This document shows positions 53,901 to 64,000 of a DNA stretch of 64,000 nucleotides, piece by piece. How positions within the stretch are numbered: the first letter of the stretch is position 1; the number at the start of each line of letters is the position of its first letter. The translations under genes were made by a program, and so were the position numbers. The stretch comes from Lepidodermella squamata. Its lineage: Eukaryota; Animalia; Gastrotricha. The notes under the pieces were generated by a model, which saw only the letters and a list, made by a program, of their open reading frames with translations, was not told where the DNA came from and did not search any database. The DNA is taken from assembly GCA_047495785.1 (NCBI GenBank), contig JBLDXI010000030.1, positions 186,001 through 250,000 of the forward strand, in the 5' to 3' direction.

Positions 53901-55342
53901 AATTCGACGACAAATTCTTCAACAACTAGTTCGGCTACTTCAGCACCAAATAAACCCTCCGCAAGCTCATCTTATCAACCTAGCAGTCCAACCAGTCTTA
54001 CTTCGCTTGCTACATCACGAAGCTCGTCGACTGTCCGAACTACTTTGGGAATTGAAAATGACGATGACATTTTGTCATCTGTGATACGCCAATTGCAGCT
54101 AAATGAAAGCTACACCTCGGTCTTACAGCAAGGCAGCGCCATTCCCACTGTAGTTCTCAGCGACCTATTGGATTGCCCATACATACAGCCGGGATCTCGA
54201 TCATCGCAAGGCACAGAGACGGCGCATATCGTTTTCACCTTCGGCATTGACAGAGTCCTGGATATTGACGACTTGAAGCAAACGATTTTGATAACTGGCT
54301 CAACGAATTTGCTGTGGAAGAGTACGGTATGCCCGAGCGACACCACGGCTCCGGGTGCATTGCAGGCGGAGAGAGTTATTGTGACTGATGCTTCTTTGGT
54401 TTGGCATCCTGATGTAAGTATTTAACGTGTTTTTCGCTTCGACTTTGTCGACCTTAGTTCCTTGATCATCATAGTCTCAACCTAAGCACATGTCCACACT
54501 CACTATCCGGTATCAATCTCTATTTTCAGATGATAATGATGAACAGCACGAATGACATGTACATGAGCAACAAGTCGCAGCAGATTGGCAGTGATATTCA
54601 AATTCAATACTACCCTCACACGCCAAATCGAACGATGTACTTCTACTGGAATCGGCTGCATGTTTTGCATTCAAAATGTACCATTGATCTGACAAATTTT
54701 CCGTACGACCGCCAGTGGTGCGATTTCCACTTTGCGATTCGCGACCCTGCCGCGTTCGTAACGTTCCAATTTGCCACCCTCCTTCAGGCGAGTACTATGG
54801 ACGACAGCGGCATTTGGACGCTAGTTGGGTCTTACAATGAATCAGGAATTATGGACTCGCCTACCTTCAAAAACGGCAAGTCTAGCTACGCGCTGTTCCG
54901 GCTGGAATTCGAACGAAGCCCGACTTTTTATATCCTATCCATTCTGGCTCCGTGCCAAATTTTGATGGTTATGGTAATCGGCAGTTTTATGATACCTCCT
55001 GACCAGAAGGAAAGGCCCGGCTACACAGCAACGATTCTACTAGGCTTCGTTTTCGCCCAGGCCCAGGTCGCTCGGCGAGTGCCTCACACCCCGCAACGGA
55101 TCAATTTTGTGGATTTGCTCCTGCTTAAAAGCTCTTTAACAGCCATAGTGACAGTTTACTACCTTGTTGTAGCGTGCCTTTTGAAGGTTAAAACAAACGA
55201 CCAGCGTCTGAAAAAACGGACGTGCTTGTTTGGAAAGATTTTGAGTGTATCTGTACTCCGCCTAGCTGACCTGGTGATGTGCGCGTTGTCATTAACCGTC
55301 TATATTTGTCTTGCTACCCACTATTTGGCAGCTTTGAACTGA
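50942..55342 (+). CDS. Chimeric Cys-loop channel with two tandem L-type-lectin-like domains and a long Ser/Thr mucin stalk (paralog 1)
   Basis: Signal MTLLVVCIASLSFEFCQA; internally duplicated beta-rich domain; ~300-aa S/T stalk; FGIDRVLDIDDLKQ, WHPD, CTIDLTNFPYDRQWC, ERSPTFY and 4 TM; multi-exon. Confidence 0.82.
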
Positions 55343-55659
55343 AAAGCAAAATATAGTGAGACGCCAAAACTGAATAAAATATCATTGCAATCAAAAAGTT
55401 TTAGATCTGAAAATAGCCGTATTTAGATTCCAGATCAGATTCCCAGATCTCCTATTGACTAAGTTAACCAATTGTCCGACAACGTCGACAGCTTGTCAAG
55501 CCGGAACAAAAGCGGGCCTGATAATGTGCTCCGACAAATGAAAGGTGCTAAGATAGCTGATAGGATTTGCGTAAGTTTGTTTGCCAGCCTTCAAAGCATC
55601 AGAATCATGAAATTATCACATACCTTTTGACTACTCACATATCGATGGCACTAAGCTAG

Positions 55660-57130
55660 AATCTGTCAATTCCGTGCGCGATTTGGGAATGAAGTTAGCA
55701 AGCTTTCGTTTAAGACACGCTGAAATGACACACCAAACGTGAAATTTTCAAAAACCAAAAAGAGCAAAATTTGGCCGGAATCACAAGAGAAACGGTCTTC
55801 AACTGGGCGCTGGGGTGCCGGCGACACCCCCAGCTGCGAGACTCCAACCAAAGGAAGGCTGAAAAAACCATAAGGGGACCCTTTGGTTTATTTTTCTGGG
55901 AGCCGGAAAACACCTCAGCTCCCTGAACCTACTTCGCACTCGGCTTTATACCGTATTTCATCAAATTATAGACATGGCTATTATTTTTTCCTAAACACAT
56001 AGCGAAAACATCGGGCATCTGGCCACTCGAACCACCTCTTGCAACTTTCCTTATTTATCATCATAATTCAACATTGATGGCGTCAGTGTGCGAAGTAGGA
56101 TTTTCGAGCTGGTGTGTTCCTAATATTGAGCAACACAAAAATTGGGCTCGCTCGCTACGCTCGCTCGCGAAATCAGTAACGTCGACTCGGCATGGCGGAA
56201 AATGATTTTAACCCGTGTAACGAGCGAAGCGAGAGATTTTTCGATTTTTTCGGTAAAAAAGGGTTCCAAACCCTCCTAACATTGACTATTTACAGTCGTT
56301 ACTTTTATTTTAGTTCGCTAGTTAGTTTTTAGTTTAGTTTTCTTCCTATTGTCACATTGTTATTTGGCTCAAATAAGCGCTCTTTACTCACGCCACGTCT
56401 CAAATTCTCGAAACTAAGAAACATCTCAAATTTGCCATTTTTAGAACCATATTTGAAAAGTTGGCTAGACGCGGCAACGTTCTTAGTCATAGATTGCGCC
56501 AGATCTAATTAGAAATGCTGGATTTCTAAAACACACGTTTTTTTCCTCCGGCCATTTTGACGGCTGGCAAGCAACTGCTCCGGCGGCAGATAAAATCCGA
56601 CCTTTATATGGTCACGCCATGTTATTACGTCCTTTTATCGGCCTTCGGCCCTGAAAATTATCTGCTATCTTACAAGCTCGATAACCAAAAATTGAGAAAT
56701 TCAATTTGGATTTCGAGCTTGTTCAAATTCAAAAAATTCCATTTCGGTATCAATCAATTCAAGATGCTAATAAGCAATGCTGGAACTGACAGGATTGAGA
56801 AAAAAGTGCTACATATCTGGCCATTACCAGTATTTTAGGCCACACATACTAGCGAAGCGGGCAATTTTTTTAAAGTTCACCCCGAAGGAGGGTCTGAAAT
56901 CTCAAAAAAATGGCAAGGCAATTATATAAATGAGATGATGCATTGTTCAAAAAATGGTTTCAATGCAACTACCAGTAGGGTCGACGTCGAACCTTGAATT
57001 AGCCACCGTTGCATAATCTCCTATAAAACCTTAAACACGGAGGCGAGCGCAGCGAGCTTTAGCTTACGATATTTTTGGCGATTTCAGTGTCAGGAATAGC
57101 CTGAAAATGCTTAAAAACTTCCATCGTCCT
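55660..57130. repeat. Probable degenerate repeat/MITE-derived intergenic sequence
   Basis: Recurrent GCTCGCTCGCTACGCTCGCTCGC, CGAGCGAAGCGAG and GCGAGCGCAGCGAGC motifs. No termini or TSD identified. Confidence 0.3.
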
Positions 57131-57648
57131 CACAATGGGTGTTCTCTAATTACTTTGGTTCTATAATGGATTTCACAACTCCAAATAAATTTTGAAATTT
57201 TCTCCTGCCAGACCGAGCACCCCTGTACTTCGCACCCTGGATGGCGTAAAATACTTTGCAAAAAGCAGAAACCAGGAAAAAGAGTAAACGAAATGGTTCA
57301 TTTAATGGGAGAAATGCTGCGAGTATAAAAAAAGCGATCATCAATAACGGCGTTACACTTTTGAAAGTAAGCCAGACCTTCCCGTCTAAAACTAATGGAT
57401 TTTGTGTTTTTTCACGTGCAGATCTGAGACCTAGACTCAACACCCGACTTTTTCAAAAGGGGAAAATGCATTACGACAACTTCATGATAAGTTAATTATT
57501 CATTTCTTTAGCGGGGCAAATCGAACCCAGGAAAAAACAGCGTCCCTTTTAAGAACAATACTCTACCTCTACCAGAGTAGTTTATTGGAAGCTTTGCGCT
57601 ATGAATCAAATTTTAGTGTCAAATAGGTCGAAAAGTTGTTCAATAGCA

Positions 57649-60600
57649 ATGAAAGAGTTGTTGTTTTCGATTGCCTCTCTATCACTGTGGTTCGAGTTAT
57701 GTCTGGCTGCAACACCTCGCTATGATTTGCTACCACTTCCCATTACAAACGCAAACTTTGCCCAGGTTTCGTCTCTGTTTTTCGACTACACTACGTCCTC
57801 TGGAAGTTTAGGCAACTGGAGTCAGTTGTTGCCCGGGCGGAACACATCAACTGGCTACATATTATCCTCGTCTGCTTCCAATTCGAGTAACACTTGGTTA
57901 CAAACGGTTTGTTTCTTACCCTTTCTCCTTGAATCTTCGCCGAAGACTTACAGTGACAATTGTTATCCCATAGGAATTCCCGGCATTTCCAAGTCTGAGA
58001 ATCGAAGTGATTATCGAAGTCAGTAATGTAACAAGCGCATCTGCGTCAACATGCGCAACTCTGGCGTTCATTATGAACAATCCCTCTCCAGCGCTCTCTC
58101 TATCTTGTAGGTTTCAAGTGGATAAAACGGTTATGCCTCCTAATTTGTTATGTTTTAAAATTAGCAACCGATAACACCGTTGATAAACTAAAGGGATTTT
58201 ACCTCTGGAATCAATTCTGCCCGAATAACAGCGCGTTGAAATTATCTGGAGATTTCCAACAATCAGCGTACAAGGGAGTGTTCCCGCCTACTGCATCGAC
58301 TAACTGGAAGACTTGTTCGGCCTGTGACAAGGCTTTACCATTGAATGGAAGCTACCAATATCAGCTTATCATGCAGGTTTTCCAAGATCTGCTTACGGTA
58401 AGAAACAACTAAAATTGAAGCTCTATCTGGCATAGATTTCGATTTTCTCCTTTTTTAATTTTCATGTTTTTTTAGGTTACTATATCTACAACCGATGCTA
58501 GTGGCAAAACAACGGTCTCTTATTGTTTATCAAATGAGCCTGTTACTGGGCTCGCAGCGCTCCTTAGTTCATCTCCCACCCGTAATCCTTTGATGAACAT
58601 AGCGGCCTTTCGGAATAATCAAACCAGCCTCAACATTCTGCAATTCAATTTCTTCGGCCTGAATGAAAGCTTCAACTCTACGCCGCCAGATCAGCCTAAC
58701 TTGTTCATTGTTGGATTGCCAGACCTGCAAACAAGAAGCATTGATTTTTCGAGCAATTTATCGTTCACTGGAAACAACAGCATTTGCCAGGGTTCGCAGT
58801 GGTCGTCGGTGGGCGAAGTTGATTGGCTAAACTCAAACGGTCCCAAATTCGGCTCAAGTGGTGCCGGCTTTATTGAAAGTCGCTCTGTTATTCCGGGTGT
58901 TCTGATTAGATCGCCAAATGTGAGAATTGAAATTGCCCTCCAGTGGGCAAGTGTTACGGCAGTTAACAACACCGTAACCGACGGATCAAGATTCGCAATA
59001 GGAATAACGCCTCGAAATTCGCCTGCCACTTTTCGTTAGTCAAATATTATACTTTTTAATTCAGGGAAAAATTTTGTTTTCCAATAACAGTTGGACCCGC
59101 TTATTCTGATGTAATGACTGGATCCGGCTTATTCCTAGTCTTTGCAGTGAACGGTCTACAGACATCAGTCGATATGTATCCAGTATACGCTCGGAACACA
59201 TCAACAACCACGCTGTACCCTCCGCCGAGCTTAACTACATGCTCCAAGTGTGTAGTAACAATATCTCAGCTTCGAAATGGGGCAAATTTCATCATTCAAA
59301 TCGTCAATGATCAGCTACTTGTCGCATTCGCACCTCTTGACAGCACTCTGCCGGTTGTTTGTTATAGCAACTGGCCTGTTGCCGGGCTTGGAAATGCGCT
59401 GGTCTCAGGGATCGATTTTCAGCTGAGTCATGCCAGTAGGCGATTCAACAACTACGCAGTCACTGTGTCGCAATTCTCAGTATTTCAAATCGATGTTTCA
59501 TCGACGAATTCAACGTCTGCGGCATGTTTTGTTTATGCGTCAGCAGCAGCAACTACCTCTAGTTCTGTTACAACTCAAATGACAAATTCTGTGACAGCTT
59601 CATTGGCACCTTTCACAGTTGCTAATCCTGGCAGTTTAGCGACGAATAACCCATCCGCTACCAGTGAAACATCGTCCATTGACAGCTCATCTACAAATAC
59701 AACTGGTTCGACAAATGGCCCTCCCACAAGCTCATCTCCTCAAATTGCCAGCACCACATCATTAGGGTCGACTGAAAGCTCATCGACTGAAAAGCCCAGC
59801 TCAGCAAATGACCCTTCTACTAGCTCATCTCCACAAATGTACAGTGAAGCTTCATCAGGGTCGACTGAAAGCTCATCGACTGTAAAGCCCAGCTCAACAA
59901 ATGACCCTTATACTAGCTCATCTCCACGAATGTCCAGTGAAACTTCATCAGGGTCAACGGACAGCTCATTGGCTTCAAAATCTAGCTCGACAACAGGCCC
60001 TTCCACTAGCCCATCTTCTCAACTGGCCAGGGAAACGTCATTAGGGTCTACGACTATCAAGGCCAACTTGAAAGCAAATGTGGAAGAAGTTGATGTAATG
60101 TCTTCTGTGATAGATCTGCTGAAGCAGAATGATGGATTCGCTTCAATCTTTGAGCAAGGAAGTGCCGTTCCCACGGTTGTTCTCAGCGAACTGCTGGATT
60201 GTCCGTACATTCAGCCGGAATCTCGATCATCACAAGGTACAGAGACGTCGAAAGTCATTTTCACGTTCGGCATTGACAGAGTCCTAGCGATAGATGATTT
60301 GAAGCAAACGATTGCGATAACTGGCTCAACGAATTTGCTATGGAAGAGCACGGTTTGCCCTGGCGAATCAACAGCTCCCGGTGCGATGCAGTCGGAAAGG
60401 GTCATTGTGACTGATGCTGCATTGGTTTGGCACCCGGAAGTAAGCGTTCCATCATATCCTACCAAGTCCAGCTCCAAATTTAGCTTAACCCTAACCCTAA
60501 TCCTAGCCCTAATGGTCCTTTATACATTAGAGGGGGCTTTAACCAAACCGTAACCCAACCTTAACTGTTAACCATACTCTGAACCCGAACCGAATTTCAA

Positions 60601-61548
60601 CCTTTTGACTAACCCAAGCTCTAGCGAAATCCTATCTAAAAGCTCCACAAGCCCCCCATGAAAAGCTCAGAGCTCATAGTTTCTTTAGTGCTTGATTGGC
60701 TTAGCTGTTTTATTTACAAATATATTCCTTTTCAGATGATAATGATGAACAGTACGAATGACCTGTACATGAACAACAAATCTCTGCAGATTGGTAGTAA
60801 CATTCAAATTCAATATTATCCGCACACGCCAAATCGAACAATGTATTTCTACTGGAACAGGCTGCATATTTTGCATTCAAAATGCACCATCGATTTATCT
60901 AATTTCCCTTATGATCGCCAATGGTGCGATTTCCACTTTGCAATACGTGACCCAGCCGCGTTCGTCACTTTTCTCTTCGCGACAATGACTCAAGAAGATA
61001 CTGTTGACGAAAGAGGCATTTGGACGCTAGTCGGGGCTTACAACGAATCCGGTATTATGGACTCGCCAACCTTCAAAAATGGCAAATCTAGCTATGCAAT
61101 GTTTAGGTTGGAATTTGAACGAAGTCCGACATTTTATATCCTGTCGATTCTCGCTCCATGCCAAATTTTGATGATCATGGTAATCGGCAGTTTTATGATA
61201 CCTCCCGCTAGCAAGGAAAGGCCTGGCTATACAGCAACGATTCTGTTAGCTTTTGTTTTCGCCCAGGCCCAGGTTGCGCGGCGAGTGCCTCACACCCCGC
61301 AGCGGATCAATTTTGTCGATTTGCTCCTGCTTAAAAGCCTTTTAACCGCAATTGTGACAATTTACTACCTTGTTGTGGCGTGCCTTTTGAAGGTTAAACT
61401 GAACGACCAGCCTTTGAGAAGGCGGACGTGTTTGTTTGGGAAGAGTGCAAGCATATCCGTACTTCGCTTAGCTGATTTGATAATGTGCACTCTCTCGTTA
61501 GTAATCTACATATGTCTAACCGCCCGTTATATGACGGTTGTGATGTGA
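57649..61548 (+). CDS. Chimeric lectin-like/mucin Cys-loop channel (paralog 2)
   Basis: Same exon structure and motifs as 50942-55342; CTIDLSNFPYDRQWC; shorter, repeat-built stalk. Confidence 0.82.
59672..60050 (+). repeat. 93-bp coding minisatellite (31 aa, about 4 copies) in the mucin stalk
   Basis: GGGTC anchor recurs at 59765, 59858, 59951 and 60044, encoding GSTESSSTxKPSSxNDPxTSSSPxM. Confidence 0.8.
60484..60620 (+). repeat. Degenerate (TAACCC)n telomere-like tract in an intron
   Basis: CTTAACCCTAACCCTAATCCTAGCCCTAA followed by decayed hexamers (AACCAA, AACCGT, AACCCG). Confidence 0.6.
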
Positions 61549-62287
61549 AAAATTGAAAAATACTGGAAATGTGAATAAAATATCACTGAGATACATTTGC
61601 GACTGTACACAAGAAAGAGACTAGAAAAGTCGCGCTAAGTTGAGATGAGTCACAATCGGAAAAATAATGCTAACATTCGGCAAACCATGATAAATCTTTT
61701 CCTGCGGACGGTCTCATTATTTCGCAAGTCCAGATGCAGCAACCGGCAGCAAATGTTGACCTTTATTTAGAGAGACATTTCGGCTTGTATGGTTGGAAAC
61801 TGCATTTTTGTTTGTAATACCGATAAGTAAGAGATTAATATGAACTATGTCATTTCATGCGTAGCAAACTGTGTCTCCGTTTATTTGTGAAATGAACTCT
61901 TTATGCGCTCTCCTTGTCGGTATTTATAAATGTTATCAGTGCTTAAAATAGTCAGAACATTGTTTCGCAATTTCTTTTCTTTGGTTATTCATGATTCTTG
62001 AGCTTTGCAAAAGTCGGAGCGAGTCCTCTATCATTCTATCTAATTCGAAACTATCGATTCAGATGCTCAAACATGATGTTATGTCGGATACTCGGCGGCG
62101 ATATGACGTCGTTTCTATGACCTATGAAAGATTCCAAGCACAAAGAATTGCTGATAAAACATTGTGCAGACTAAGTATAGAGCAGTGTTGAACAATTTTA
62201 ATATCCGCACAAATAAACTGGCAATTTTGTACGTCAAACATTTTTGAATTATGTTCACGATAATCATAACATGAGCATTGATGAAAA

Positions 62288-64000
62288 ATGAAAATGGATA
62301 TCCTAGCTTTTATGACCATTCTTTTGGGTGTTTACATAGTTTCCGCGCAAGTTTGTACGAACAAAAACGGCTGTCCAACTGTACAGTCGGAAGGTAACTT
62401 GACTTTTCAATCTTGAGTTCAGTTTTATGCTTTCGGTTCCAATAGATCCACCACCGACGTCCTCAAGCGCTACAACAGTAGAAAATGCAACCACTGTGCT
62501 GTCGTCAATACAAAATGAATCTTCAGCTCAAGACGCTACCACTCAGTCATCGACAAGTGGTAACGTTACAGATACCGGAGGATACACTACCCAGCAGATG
62601 ACTACGATGGACGAATCTACCGCTGTTGAATGGACAACAGGACCGGAATCTTCGACCGAAGGATACACCACTCAGCGTATGACCACAACAGACGCACCCA
62701 TCACATTAGAACCGACAACTGAAACTACAACAACGCAGCAGCCACCGACACAGAAACCCGCATCTTGTGAGCCTATCAGAACATTCGGTGGCAATCATAG
62801 TGTGCTAACAGATGCTGATCGAATTTATATCAAGCCATACTACGCAGATGCCAATTTGACTCACGGCTCAGTCATCATTGTTGAATGTCCCTGGTATGCC
62901 GGACCTACGACTAATCACACGTGTAATGCAGGAGTTTGGCAACCGCCACCTAGACCAACATGCTATCCCGGTCAATGTGCGAATAAGGGCAACTACGACG
63001 GTAGCAAATGTTCCTGCGCGTGGGGCTTCATCGGATTCTACTGCGACATTCGTTAGTTTGAAAATTCTGGCTTTCTATTAACTGATTTTCCCGCATTATA
63101 GCTTCCCCGGGCGATTATTCTTGCTTGAACGGCGGCATTCGTAACGTCAACGGTCTATGCATTTGCCCACAGAGTGTTCACGGCCCGAACTGTCAGTTCA
63201 GAGGAGGGGTACGCGTTGATACCAGTTTTGGAGAAACCTGCGGAACAGAAGTTGTCGATCTGAGGCCGAAAAATATAGGCTCACCGTCTTATATTGAGAT
63301 CTATAATACAGTCAATACGACAAATTTGCAACCTGATGGTTTGCTGTGTCAGTGGATGGTTGAAACAGCATTTGGAAACTACCTTCAATTTTCGAACATA
63401 AGTCTTCAAGTTTTCTATTACTCGCTACCTGTCAATAACGGTAACTTTAGCCTGTAGTTCTACGGCCCGTACATATAGCCGGGCTATATATTTTTCTTAT
63501 AGCCACTGTGAGCATTCACGATACTGGCTATAGACCAACAGCACTTGAGATCGGAAGCTGGAATTCATGGCAATTAGTGCAGGACAACAGTTATTCTGCC
63601 TCCTCGAAAATGAACTCCTCACTTCTAGTTCTTCGATTACCGGATGGCTTCACGTGGGACTATGCGATTTCCTTTCACTTTCACGTTAACATCGAGGCCA
63701 GTTAGTTCATTCGATTTCTTTTGAATGAGAGTGAAGTCTTGCGAATTTCTTTTATCAGAGCCTACATCGGCAACTGGCATGCTGAATAATGGAGAAATAA
63801 AAGATTGCTCGGCGCTGACAGTCATCGATCAAAAAATTGATAACGAAATTATGTTGGAACAAGCATCTACGGCTTACAAGCCCTTAACGTTCTGTCAATG
63901 GAGAATTAAAGTTCCCTCCGACCGATTATTCGAGTATGTTACATTTCTCCGCTCAGAAATTGTAAATCATCTGGATGCAATTTGTTAGGTTCCGAATGAG
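62288..64000 (+). CDS. Secreted/membrane protein with Thr-rich region, Sushi, EGF x2 and CUB-like domains; relative of 45689-49750, truncated by the window end
   Basis: Signal MKMDILAFMTILLGVYIVSA; Sushi (CEPI...HGS..IVEC...C.AGVWQPPP.PTC); EGF (CANKGNY...CSCAWGFIGFYC); CUB-like CQWMV and CQWRI. Confidence 0.75.

Overview
Compact, gene-dense invertebrate (metazoan) genomic DNA with very short canonical GT-AG introns, mostly about 45-55 bp. I cannot identify the organism. From left to right the window holds: a multi-EGF gene with one EGF per exon and a Harbinger-type MITE in an intron; two ankyrin-repeat genes; two divergent class A GPCRs; GABA-B-like class C GPCRs (one intact, one split by a 1.56-kb TA-flanked TIR element, three relics); a tandem array of seven atypical Cys-loop (pLGIC) subunits; and chimeric Cys-loop channels fused to Sushi/EGF/CUB-like or tandem L-type-lectin-like domains through mucin stalks. 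The top finding is a ~10.2-kb piggyBac-type element (29613-39790). It has an apparently intact, intron-containing DDD transposase and three cargo genes: a GEX1/Brambleberry/Kar5-like nuclear-membrane fusion protein, a single-pass membrane protein ending in an AT-hook, and a probable BEN-domain protein. Together they suggest a transposon-borne nuclear-envelope/chromatin module. All domain assignments are by eye from motifs and have not been confirmed by any search.
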